Shown: piece after piece, positions 12,895 to 25,449 of the stretch
Numbering within the stretch: position 1 is the first letter of the stretch
Layout: the number at the start of each line of letters is the position of its first letter
Assembly: GCF_006345805.1 (NCBI RefSeq)
Contig: NC_043011.1
Location: 55,006,464 to 55,070,463, forward strand
Length of the DNA: 64,000 nt
From: Octopus sinensis
Lineage: Eukaryota
Direction: 5' to 3'
Position numbers and translations under genes: made by a program
The notes under the pieces: generated by a model
The model's database searches: none
Told to the model about the DNA's origin: nothing
What the model saw: the letters and a program-made list of their open reading frames with translations, nothing else

Positions 12895-14140
12895 ATCATA
12901 CACTATCTGTTTTTTACACCTCTTTTGGGTTTATGCTCAGCATGTTTTCCAGTGTACAACTCACTGTAGAACAGCAGCCTTGGAATCCCACCAGCCGCCA
13001 TACACAGAACATGGCCTGCCCAATGCGTCTGAGTAGTTATGACTAACTGGATGCTTGTGCTGCATCCTGCCTTAGCAAGGATTTCTGTGTTGGGTGTTTT
13101 ACTTGCTATTTTATGTTGAGTATGCTTCTCAAGCATTTTTGATGAAAGCACTCAAACAGCTTGACAGGCCACTGGGTACTGTCTGTTTCAGAGGGGTACC
13201 ATAGAGCTATTAGCAGCTTGACAGGCCACTGGGTACTGTCTGTTTCAGAGGGGTGCCATAGAGCTATTAGCAGCTTGACAGGCCACTGGGTACTGTCTGT
13301 TTCAGAGGGGTACCAAAGAGCTATTAGCAGCTTGACAGGCCACTGGGTACTGTCTGCTTCAGAGGGGTACCATAGAGCTATTAGCAGCTTGACAGGCCAC
13401 TGGGTACTGTCTGTCTCAGAGGGGTACCATAGAGCTATTAGCATTGGTTTTGATGATGAGGAGGATATGATTTGCCCGGACTCTCTTTCCAGACTTGCCA
13501 CATACTACAAAGGTTTTCTGAATGTGTAGATATATTGCTGCATTTAGGGAGCCATCTCTCAACAACATGCTGTCCAGGTAAACAAAAAAGTGTCAACTAC
13601 ACCCACTCTTGTACTGTATGTTATAACATCTGGTTTGATATGCAGTTTGCTTGGTGTAGGTATGAACATTACCTTGTTATTTTGGGGATTTTTTTTCAGT
13701 ATTCTCTTAAGACTAAAGGCCGTACATGAAGCAGTAATACAATCTATGATGTGTTGTATGTCATCAGCAGTGTGAGCCAGAAAGTCAACATCATCGGCAT
13801 AACGGAGTTCTCTGATTAAAGTTTCAAATGTTTCCAACTTGAAGTTGAACCTCTTTAAGTTGAAGTCTCTTCCAATAGTTCTGAACTGCAAGAGGATGCC
13901 CTTATCACAGTCATGGGATGCACGTGTAAGCAGAACAATAAAGAATAGCGGAAAGATTATGGGAGCAGTAATATCACCTTGCTTTAATCAATCAGAACTT
14001 CATCAGGCCATTTCCCACCGAAAATGCCTTGAGCCTTCATGTCTGAATGCAACTGCTAACATATAGTGACCAACAGTGGTGGGTTTCCAACCTTTCCACA
14101 CATGGTCTACAAGGCATTTCCATTAACTGTATCAAAAGCT
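12895..14140 (-). mobile_element. RTE (BovB-like) LINE fragment, RT and C-terminus
   Basis: LIRELRYADDVDF (ORF 13559..13891), ECFHQKCLRSILNIK, HWAGHVLCM...PRLLFYSEL. Confidence 0.8.
13157..13441. repeat. 57-bp minisatellite, 5 near-identical copies
   Basis: Units start at 13157, 13214, 13271, 13328, 13385. Confidence 0.95.
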
Positions 14141-14169
14141 TTTGTTAAATTATGTATGTGCACATATAC

Positions 14170-14560
14170 TCTTTTACTTGTTTCAGTCATTTGACTGTGG
14201 CCATGCTGGAGCACCACCTTTAGTCGAGCAAATCGACCCCAGGACTTATTTTTTGTAAGCCTAGTACTTATTCTATCGGCCTCTTTTGCCGAACCACTAA
14301 GTTACGGGGATGTAAACACACCTGCATCGGTTGTCAAGCGATGTTGGGGGGACAAACACAGACACACAAACATATACCCACACACACACATACATATATA
14401 TACGACAGGCTTCTTTCAGTTTCCGTCTACCAAATCCACTCTCAAGGCTTTGGTCGGCCCGAGGCTATAGTAGAAGACACTTGCCCAAGGTGCCACGCAA
14501 TGGGACTGAACCCAGAACCACGTGGCTGGTAAGCAAGCTACTTACCACACAGCCATTCCT
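14170..14560 (-). mobile_element. SINE family B, near full length
   Basis: Reverse complement of the family B consensus including head and tail. Confidence 0.85.
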
Positions 14561-14589
14561 ACGTCTACATATGCATATCATTATCATTA

Positions 14590-14965
14590 TCATAATCATC
14601 ATTTAACCTCTGCTTTCCATGCTGGCATGGGTTGGACAGCTTGACTGGGGTCTGGGAAACCAGGAGGCTGCACCAGGCTCCAGTCTGATCTGGCAATGTT
14701 TCTACAGCTGGATGCCCTTCTAATGCCAACCACTCTGAGAGTGTAGTGGGTGCTTTTTATGTGTCACTGGCACAGGGGTAAGAGGGAGCTAGCAACAATC
14801 ACTTTATTTGCTGGGTCTTGTCAGTCACAGCATATCTCCAGAGGTCTCGGTCTTTTGGCATTGCCTCTGTGAGGCCCAATGTTCGAAGGTCATGCTTCAC
14901 CACTTCATCCCATGTCTTCCTGAGTCTCCTTCAACCCCAGATTCCTTCCACTATTTGGGAGTGGA
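14590..14965 (-). mobile_element. RTE 3' UTR plus ORF-end fragments
   Basis: GGATGCCCTTCTAATGCCAACCAC tail; 14810-14965 matches the RTE C-terminus region seen at 21640-21760. Confidence 0.7.
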
Positions 14966-15949
14966 ACTTCTTGTGTGTGTATGTACATATGTATATGCGT
15001 GTGTACATACATGCATGTGAGTAAATGCAGGCAGAGGGATGTAGACAAAAGCCCCCTAGGATAAAATCCACATTGTTAGTAGACAAAAGCCCATTGGACA
15101 AAGGCCCCACAGCTATATTTTTCGGTTATTTTTTTCGTTTTTTTACTTTTTTCTTGTTGCAGTCATTGGACTGTGGCCATGCTGGGGCACCACCATGAGG
15201 AATTTTTAGTCGAATGTATCGACTCCATAATTGTTTTTAATGATTTTCAACCACCACATGAAGTTAAGCATAGATCTCTCCACATACTTGAAATAACAGC
15301 CGAATCACTTGAAAATTTTTTATAACCCCTCGGTTATATTTTTTGGTTATTCTTCGAATTTTTTTTTTATTTTCAAAAAATTGGACTGCGGCCATGTTGG
15401 GGCACTGCCTTGAGTAATTTTTAGTCGAATGTATCAACCCCAGAATCTTTTTTAGGTGATTTTCAACCAGCACATGAAGTTCAGCCTAAGATCTCTTCAT
15501 ATACTAGAAATAACAGCCAAATCTTAAAAAAAAAAAAGAATTTTATAAGTTCATGTCAACAAAAATGGAAATCGCGGTTGCAAAAAAAGAACTTTTATTT
15601 TCCAAAATACCAATTTTTAAATAAACAAAATATATTCAATCGAAAGTAGTTAAGTAGAATAGAATAACAGAACACAAGACTCTAGTCAATGTACATAGTG
15701 TCTGAATTCTAACAAAAGGGAAAGCATTTACTGCAGTCTTATAAATGCAACAAGTAAAAATAAAAGAAAATTCTGGTGTCAATACGTTCAACTAAAAACC
15801 CTTCAAGGCAGTGCTCCAGCACGGCCACAGTCTAATGCCTGAAAAAAGTAAAATTTGAAAAAAAAAAAAACGAAAAGTATAACCGTGGGGCTTTTGTCCA
15901 CTTTCATACTTTAACTCTGCTGCCTAAACAATATTAAAGAAATCATTTC

Positions 15950-16110
15950 TGAGTTCAAATTCCGCCGAGGTCGACTTTACTTTTCATCCTTTTGGGGTCG
16001 ATAAATTAAGTACCAGATACGCACTGGGGTCAATGTAATCGACTTTATCCCTTTGTCTGTTCTTGTTTGTCCTCTCTATGTTTAGCTCCTTGTGGGTAAT
16101 AAAGAAACAA
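15950..16110 (+). mobile_element. SINE family A, 5'-truncated
   Basis: Family A core and tail. Confidence 0.8.
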
Positions 16111-16761
16111 ATATTAAAGAAATCATGCCTTCTTTTCAGTGCCGTTACATACTCAGACCAGAATAAGAATACTGTTGACATGTTTTAGAATAGCGCTAGA
16201 AAGCCTTTGGTTATTGACGTCTTAAACAGAATGCAAAAGAAAGCTTATTTATTTATTTGCCTTCTCTCACGGACAATTCTAATATAAACCCCATTGTCGT
16301 CTCCTTTTACTGCCATCACAAATTTAACCTTCTTTCGTGTGTCCTCTCCTTAAAACTACCGGATACACCCACATCTCGTCTCCTGTCCTGATTTTCAGTT
16401 TTTGCAACAAGCATCACGCACAGCCTTCCCATATCATCATTTCGATTGTGGAATACTTTCACTCCCGATTCCCACAAAACACTAAACTCCAATTTCGGGG
16501 TCTTGTTAACAGCAATTAGTTTTTACTGATTCCATAACAAAAAAATTAAAGCAAACGAAACAGAGTTAAGACAATATTTTTATTGATAATCCATCGCCTC
16601 ATATTTTATCTGTATTCTTTTCTTTCTTTTATTAAACCGAATGAAGACAGTTAACAACACAAATGTTTCTTTAATGCCGAATTTCTTAAACTGGGGAAAA
16701 TTTCATAATTCTCCAGAGAATTTTTAGTGGGGAGGAATATTTTGAAGTTGGAAAGTTTTTG

Positions 16762-17047
16762 CGGCAATCTTTCGTCTCTAGTAGACCTTTCCGTCGATTT
16801 CCGTAAAAAAAAATTTTTTTTTTTTACATATGGGCTTGCGGGAACTTTTGAAGTAATGAGAGCGAAAGAGACTAAGAGGAAGCGATTTTATGACGAGGGA
16901 AGTTCTTTTGAAGTTACCGTGCATGGGAGCATTGATGTACATGTGTGTTTGACGGGGTATGGGAGACTGCAAGCCCATATGTAAAACAAAAAAAGAAGTT
17001 TTTTACGGAAATCGACGGAAAGGTCTACTAGAGACGAAGGATCGCCG
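16762..17047. mobile_element. MITE-like element with ~78-bp terminal inverted repeats
   Basis: Arms 16762-16839 and 16969-17047; TTTTTG flanks both ends (16756-16761, 17048-17053). Confidence 0.65.
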
Positions 17048-18925
17048 TTTTTGCTACATTTATTACCATTAATGTTGATTTTAATGATGCTAACGTTAAA
17101 TTAATATAAAACCGTTGATATTAAGCAATAAACTGCGTTATTATTACAAGACTGTTTCTCTCTGAATATATTTCGAGGCGGACGAACACAGTTCAATCAT
17201 TGTTAATTGAATGTCTTAAATAGTGGCTCATTCTTGTAGACTCGATAAAAATAGACTGATCGTGGAAATGTTGACATAAGTAGATAAAATTACTGCAAAG
17301 AAAATAAAGTAGAAAGAGACCAGTATATTTATTGCACGATAATTTAATACAGCGTTAATGTATTAAATAAATAAAGAGGAAGAGAGAGACGACATTATTA
17401 CAAGCAACAGACATTACGACTACAGCGAGGGGGGGGATTAGTGTCAGCAGAAAATACTAAATAACATAATTTCAAACAAAATTCTGTTGTTGGTTCTTAA
17501 AAATTATATAGGCAATTATGATTTTATGTTTAATGTCTTAAAAGCATTTTAAGTGTCATTTTAATTTATCCAATCACTTGTCGCATAGTGATTACTCATC
17601 CTTGTACCGGGTCGGGGCCCCCTCCAGAAATATAAAAAAACCAATAAAAAACGCCGAGACTTTCACGGAAACCTTTACAAGTAACAGGTAAAAGAATTCG
17701 CTTTTGTTGACCATTTTTTGTCATTAGGAACGTAAAAAAACACATTGGTGAGATACTTGAACGACCAATTTTTCAATCCCGTCTCCATAATTTCTGTTTA
17801 TTCATACATTTTATACAGTTTATTATACATATTGTGTTTGTAGGTGTGTGTCGTCTGGTCTCCCCCCCTTTCCGTCACCATTTTGCTCTGGAGAGCCGCA
17901 TGTCGACCTAATGAAACCAGCATTTCTCTTTTTTTCCTTCTCTCACTCGACACGCCTGGAATGCTTTACACATAGAAATATCCCTGATACTACATAACCC
18001 CAAATTACACCACCGTCCGACTGCTCAGTCCATAGACATTTCGCTAAAAATGCCTATGGGTCCGTGGTCACACTCCATACATCCACCATGTCCTCCTTTC
18101 GTGTTGGGACTTTAATTGGCTTTCATTAATCTCTCAAAACATACACAATGCCTTATATATTTCCCTTTAGGGGGTGAGAATATTTCGGCTCTTACCTTTT
18201 AGGTTGCATACAAAAGACCTTTTAATAATTTAAAATCCTTAAATTCTCCCTTGAATCAAACCATTTCTATCGGTCTTCTTTATCAATCTCCACATCACCG
18301 ACCGCTGACTCATTAATTCACAATGTCATTTTTATTTAAAATTGTCTCATTTTTGAAATCCTCGCCTATGGAATCGAATCATAAATCTCTAGTTTATAGA
18401 ATTCCACTCCTCTTCGTTCAGCTTCCTCTAATCTTTTTTCTTTTATAATAATTTACATCATACTTTTCCTTTTTCCTTATTGCATTCCATTACTGTTTGT
18501 TATGGAACCAGCGATAAAGAAACAAGTTTTATATGATTAAAATATAGTATATTATATATTATATATGTTGTGATGACTATATATATTATATATGATAATT
18601 TTTAATCATATACGTTAACATACATAGCAATTTCGTTATGTATGTTAAACGTATATATATGATAAAACTGTTATATATTATTAAAATGTTAATATACAAT
18701 TTATAGTATGGTATATATGGTTATGCATAAACTTATACAATTTATAAATTCTCTTTTCATCCCGAAAAATCAATATTTACAAACATAAACTGGATTTTAA
18801 AAAATCAATAAACAAACAAAAGAGGCATGTACACTCCCTCAATTATACATCGCGCAATGTCATCATAATATACATTAGACATGCCTATGTTGTTGGTGAT
18901 TATATGTTGTATATAGTAATGCTTT

Positions 18926-18963
<38 letters not shown>

Positions 18964-19036
18964 ATATATATATATATATATAAACATATATATATATAAA
19001 CACACACACACATATATATATAAACATGATAAATAA

Positions 19037-19128
19037 AATTAGTGGTTTGAGTTTTCTACTGCTCTTTCTAGCACAAGGCTGTCCTATTTGGAAACCCTCT
19101 TAATGTGTTCTAATGTACACGATATTTT

Positions 19129-19167
<39 letters not shown>

Positions 19168-19200
19168 TTCTTGTCCATGTTGTATTTTTCTACATACCTT

Positions 19201-19232
<32 letters not shown>

Positions 19233-19340
19233 CATAATAAATAGAATTAGTGGTTTGAGCTTTCTACTGCTCTTTCTAGCACAAGGCTTTCCTATTTAGA
19301 AGCCTCTTAATGTGTTCTAATATACACTATATTTTTATGT
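19037..19340. repeat. Direct duplication of ~100 bp separated by (TA)n
   Basis: AATTAGTGGTTTGAG...AATGTGTTCTAAT at ~19037 and ~19246. Confidence 0.8.
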
Positions 19341-20964
19341 ATGTATAAAGCCATGCATTATGATTTATCCTTTGAATATATTTTGTATTTTATTCCTTCA
19401 TTATAAGGGGCTTTATAGGTTCTTCGTTCTTTATAAATTTCATATCGGAAGCTTATTCTTTCATTTTGTGCATTGCGATATAAACATTTAGTTAATTTGA
19501 GGCTAGCATCTCGCTTATCCTATACAAAGGTGTTAGTAAGTATCATTCTCTTATCTGACTGTGACAAAACCAAATATATTGAACTTTACACACCTTTATC
19601 TCAGCAGCCTGTCTTCAGATTACAGACAAAACGGGAATAAGCATAATTTAGTATTAATGTTTTTTTTAAATTTTATTTTAGATAAAATTTATCACAATAA
19701 ATACATTGGTATAAAGCTGTGTTTTAAATCTCTGTTCTTCTTAGAATTTATCAACAAGTAAACAATTAGGCGCTTCCTTTGGTGACTCAACTCCCGTTTT
19801 TCTGCATTCCTAAGGTTAAAGACTTCTGGGTTTATTTATTTCTTTTTACAAAAATTGCAACTGATTTTATTTGAACTAACCTCCAAAGATCTTTGGGGGA
19901 AGAATTATGTCTACTCGTTACATTGTATAAATTTACGTATAATATACAAAGAAACTGCTGAATGTTCTTTTATGTTATTTATATGTCGGAAGAAAGCATT
20001 CCCCCCCCCCCATTCTGACATATTGCCTCACTCGCTCAGTATCGCCAAGGTAGATGTTCCTTAATCATTCATTGCTCGGTGCCTTTTCTCATACAACTTT
20101 TATTAATATAGTTCGACTATCTGTTGTTTAAACCTAGTCAGTACCGATCGAGCAAACCTACACACAGCATGATGTCAGTTCAAGACCTCGCTCCACCTCG
20201 CCGACGACCGTACTTGCACACTGACGTACAGTCGTTGTCTAGTTGCAGGTCAAAGTCATTCAAGTCGTTGACTAATTCGTCTTTTCTGCAGACACATCAT
20301 CAAGTATGGTCTTCCTTTTTTTTTTTTAAAGAGAGTAGGGCGTGTCTTGAGGAAGATTTAATGGGATGACACTTTCGGCAAATGTCTCCTACTCTAGCAT
20401 CGGGCCGACCAAAGCCTTGTGAGTGGATTTGGTAGTGTCCACCATTTGATAAATGGGGCTGATTTGATCTTCAGGTTTCTGTTTTGAACACCAGGCATTC
20501 GAAATCAGCAATTTTTTTTTAACTAGAAAATTGAAATTAATTCTTCAGTTAGAAGCTGGTTAAAATTAGGCCAAATACAACTCCCCTCCCCCTATTTTTT
20601 CTCCTATGTAAATAATATATTCCGTTGCATTTCACTTTCCGAAAATTTTAATTGCCAGGATGAGAATGTAATTACAAATGCAAATAAAATATATTTATGC
20701 ATGTCTCTCATACAAAAGATGTTGTAGCGATAAATCACCTGAAAATACTTTTCTTTTTGTTTCTTAAGTGAAAAAAGTGGGATTGAGATTTAGGAAAATT
20801 CATATTCAAACAAATTCAACTTGACTACTATTTCTAGCAGGCCACTTATCAAATCATTTGCCCTATTGACTCATTCGAGTTGTGTACACTGAAGTATGAA
20901 ATTGAAACACAATGCACCACCTGTTATAGCATTTTAACATATTCAACAAGCACCTCAACAATAT

Positions 20965-22343
20965 GAGCTGATCGACAAATCCCTTCAGGTAGATGGCATA
21001 GGTAGAAACTATAAGATGTACCTAGTGTAAGCTATGGACACATAGGAGGTGCAGCAATATCAAAAGGAAGGCTAATTGGGAAGATAGTTTTTGTATGTGG
21101 CAGATGCTCAGGAGCAATAAATAACACTGAAAATGTGGAGAGAACAACTTCTGCCACATTCCAGGAAGAAAAACTAGAAGTAGTTGATAGATTCTGTTAC
21201 CTTGGTGACCAAGTCAGTAGCGGGTGGGGGTGGGTGCTCTGAAAGTGTAGCTGCTAGAATAAGAATAGCCTGGGCAAAGTTCAGAGAGCTCCTACCTCTG
21301 CTAGTGACAAAGGGCCTCTCGCTCAGAGTAAAAGGCAGACTGTATGACGCATGTGTACAAACAGCCATGCTACATGGCAGTGAAACATGGGCCGTGACTG
21401 CTGAGGACATGCGCAAGCTTGCAAGGAATGAATCCAGTATGCCCCACTGGATGTGTAACGTCAGTGTGCATACTTGACAGAGTGTAAGTGCCTTGAGAGT
21501 TGGACCTAAGAAGCATCAGATGTGTGCAAGAGAGACGACTGCGCTGGTATGGTCATGTGTTGCGAATGGATGAGGACAGCTGTGTGAAAAAGTGTCAAAC
21601 CCTAGCAGTTGAAAGAACCTGTGGAAGAGGTAGACCCAGGAAGATATAAAATGAGGTGGTGAAGCACGACCTTCGAACATTAGGCCTCACCCAGGCAATG
21701 ACTAGTGACTGAAACTTTTGGAAATATGCTGTGCTTGAGAAGATCCAGCAAGCCAAGTGAGACCATAACCCGTGGCCTATACTAGTGGTGTGACCAGCCC
21801 ACTTACACATACCTTTCCTTCATTGGACACTAAACTCTGCTTGCGAAGACCTGTTGAGGCAAGTGAAATCGAAATCAGATTCGATGACAGCACCGCATGA
21901 CTGGCATCTGTGCTAGTGGAGTGCTAAGAGCACCATCCGAGTGTGATCATTGCCAGGGCTGCTGACTGACTCACATGCCGGTGGCACGTAAAAAGCAACA
22001 TTCGAGCGTGATCGTTACCAGCGTCGCCTTACTGGCACTTGTGCTGGTGGCACGTGAAAGACAACATTCGAGCGAGGTCATTGCCAGTGCCACTGGACTG
22101 GCTCCTGTGCAGGTGGCATGTAAAAAACACCATTTGAGCGTGGCTGTTGCCAGTACTACCTAAGAAGCACCCACTACACTCTCGGAGTGGTTGGCATTAG
22201 GAAGGGCATCCAGCCGTAGAAACTCTGCCAGAACAGACTGGAGCCTGGTGCAGCCATCTGGTTCGCCAGTCCTCAGTCAAATTGTCCAACCCATGCCAGC
22301 ATGGAAAGCGGACGTTAAACGATGATGATGATGATGATGATGA
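20965..22343 (+). mobile_element. 5'-truncated RTE-clade LINE: RT C-terminal part, 3' UTR array and (GAT)n tail
   Basis: KLEVVDRFCYLGD, RIRIAWAKFRELLPLL, LHGSETW, RRLRWYGHVLRM, GRGRPRK across frames; ends AAACGATGATGATG. Confidence 0.9.
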
Positions 22344-22904
22344 CAAAGTAAAACTATTTTGTCAAAAAACATGAAATCACATTAATTCTTCATAATCGTT
22401 TAGGCAAGAGGAAGGGCAGTGCTCATGACTTTTTCATGGACACTGCTCTTTTGCTTGTAACAGAGTGGACTGCCCCATTAAAGGCACCCAGTGGTCAAGG
22501 AGTGATGTTAAATATATTTGTATGGATTGTATTTTTATTGATTTACAAATCGTATCAGTCCCTTATAGCAGTGGGTTTTAATTGCTTAGTTGTTGCTGTT
22601 GTTGTTTAGGTTCAAGTCATCCCCGATTTGGGAGACCTATGATCAAATGCATTCCAGCCATGACCATTCTATCTTTTCTTTTTTCAGGGATACTCTACTC
22701 TAGCCTACATTATTGAATATGTTCTTTTTTAATACTTGAGTGTGGCTTGAGAGAGATTTGTCTGCTTTTTCTTACAGGTCACATGACTTGTGACTCACTG
22801 TTATTGAACATTTGATTGCTTCTTGTAGAACCTTAAACATTAACTTGTATATTGAATCTAGATGAAGTAGTCGTAAAATAAGGAAGGCATCTATGTTATA
22901 GAAG

Positions 22905-23085
22905 TATGCACAACACCAGAGCTGAAGACACCTCCGAAAAAAGGGGGGGGGCACCACGTCAAAACGGTGCAGGAGTAGGGGCCGAAACCGGACGTGGTTC
23001 CTCCTGATGATGTCTTGAGCTAACTGGATCCTATAAAGGAGCTGTTGTGGTAGCAGACCACGAAACACGGTTGTAATTCCTCCTG
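22905..23085 (+). mobile_element. Second copy of the 11807-family structured module
   Basis: CTGAAGA 22922, GAAA 22984, CTGATGA 23004, GAAA 23062. Confidence 0.4.
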
Positions 23086-24260
23086 GCACTAGGATATCCA
23101 AGTAATTAGTAAACAAAAACTCCTTTTTGAGGTGTTTAAAATCTGAAGACAATAACCAAGAGAGATCAGTCCAATGATCTGAGTCTATTGAAGTTTTTGG
23201 ACTATAAATGAATTGAGTCTGGTCTTTAATAAGATTCTATTATATTTGTATTTGATATGCAGAACACACCCTAGAGATGTTTCCCACTTAGTTATATTGT
23301 TTGAAACACTTTCAATATAAAACAATAGCATTGTTTGTAAAATGGTGAAATGAAACCTTACTTACAATACAACCAAAGCAATTTGATATCTCATTGTTTT
23401 CTTAATTTAGACCTCTCTCATTTTATTTATGTCTACACCTTTTTTCCCATCTATACGGGCCTGTGATAATATTTATGATATTTCTAAAAGATATTGTTTA
23501 ATAGTTGCAGAAATGCCATGATAGTTAATAATTTTGGAATACCTTTGACTGTATAGATAACCTTTCTCATTTTGTGAAGAACAATTCACTGTCAAGCAGT
23601 GTTTATTAAACAATCTAGATAATACCTTTCATACAAAACTACATTATTGTTTTAGTTCGTGTAGTTTGTTAGTGTTGATGTATTTACACAACTTGCCTAT
23701 CCCGTCTTCATTTCAGCTTATACAAGTTTGCAATAGCTGCATAGTGATATCATTTCTTAAGTTTAAATGTGTTTTTTTTTCTTGTCTTTTTACGTATATA
23801 TTTCTTCCATGTGGTAGTACTACGTGCTGATGGACACTGAAAATTGTTAAGTCAGTTCTAAGAGGAACAAATAAGCAATTTAAAAGTAATCTGATATGCT
23901 GGAAGTAGGGAAATGATTGGATAAATAGAAAGATATTAACTTATCTATTTTGGATGAAGAATTCTGAATAATTGGTAGGTGGGAAAGAGTGAAGTCTTTT
24001 ATGTTGTGTGACATGAGATGCAAATTCTAAACTTCAGATTTATATTTACCTTGAAAAACCTGATTAAACTTATTTCTTGCTCATAAGCATGGATAGTATT
24101 TCAACTGTGTGAAAACAAAATAATGTCAATATTTCTTCCATATCAAAACAATCCATGTGTAAGAGCAGGGTCACCTGAGAAATCCAGCAATACTAGACAG
24201 TGTGTGTGTATGTATAAATGTATGTGTATATACATATTTGTGCAGAAGTATATATATATT

Positions 24261-24299
<39 letters not shown>

Positions 24300-24321
24300 G
24301 TGTGTGTATGTATGTATGTAT

Positions 24322-24538
24322 GTCAAGCCAAGTGAAATTGTAGTCCTGGCTGATGGTGTCATATAACTGGAATCCTGTGCTGGGGACGCATAAAAAACAC
24401 CTTTCAAATGTTGGGCCTCCAGCTGTACAAACATTGCCAGATCAGATTGGAGCCTGGTGCAGCCGCTGGCTCTCCAGACCTCAGTCAAGCTGTCCAACCC
24501 ATACCAGCATGGAAAACGGACGTTAAACAATGATGATA
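24322..24538 (+). mobile_element. RTE 3' UTR fragment with internal deletions
   Basis: Conserved tail AAACGGACGTTAAACAATGATGAT. Confidence 0.65.
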
Positions 24539-24863
24539 TATGATATACATCTATATATGTTTATACACACACACACACACATATATATGTATGTATATGT
24601 ATATATATATGTATACATGTATATATATAAATATATATGTATATATATATATGTATGTATACATGTGTGTATATATATATGTATGTATACATGTGTGTAT
24701 ATATATGTTTATATATATGTATGTATACATGTGTGTATATATATATATATATTTATATATATATGTATGTATACATGTGTGTGTGTATATATATATATAT
24801 TTATATATATGTATGTATGTATACATGTGTGTGTATATATATTTATATATATGTATGTATACA

Positions 24864-24890
<27 letters not shown>

Positions 24891-24895
<5 letters not shown>

Positions 24896-25110
24896 CTTTA
24901 TTTTAAGCAGCAGAAAATTCAACAAAATCTGTTACTCTGAGTTTCTCGTTGCCGTTCATCAGACAGATTCTAGCAAAAACTGTCTGATGAACGGCAACGA
25001 GAAACTCAGAGTAACAGATTTTGTTGAATTTTCTGCTGCTTAAAATAAAGCATATTACTCTACCACTGGTATTTGAGTACTCTTTTTACCACCTTGTTTC
25101 ACATTTATGT
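24891..25110. mobile_element. Penelope-like inverted terminal repeat remnant with two hammerhead motifs
   Basis: Inverted arms ~24891-24969 and ~24974-25056, each with CTGATGA...GAAAC. Confidence 0.7.
24926..24969 (-). ncRNA. Minimal type-I hammerhead ribozyme (GUA site); mirror copy on + at ~24974-25024
   Basis: AATCTGT-CTGATGA-ACGGCAACGA-GAA-ACTCAGAGT-A-ACAGATT: 7-bp stem I, weak stem II, palindromic stem III. Confidence 0.65.
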
Positions 25111-25176
25111 GTTTACTCCGGTATATATATATATATATATTTATATATATGTATGTATACATGTGTGTGTGTATAT

Positions 25177-25221
<45 letters not shown>

Positions 25222-25231
25222 GTATGTATAC

Positions 25232-25268
<37 letters not shown>

Positions 25269-25449
25269 GGAATAAATCCAAACTTACAGGGAAAAATCAG
25301 ATTTAGGATTGAATCCAATTTTATAGTAAAATATTATATTATATTAAATTAGAGACAATGAAAGACTTAAGCCAATACATAAATTAATTTATATTATTTA
25401 AATATGTAACAATTATTAAAATATAATTAATATCCACTACGATCGTTTC

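Larger units (their letters stand above)
24540..25265. repeat. Compound (TA)n/(TG)n/GTATACAT satellite, interrupted by the PLE remnant at 24891-25110
   Basis: Recurring ATGTATGTATACATGTGTG unit. Confidence 0.9.
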
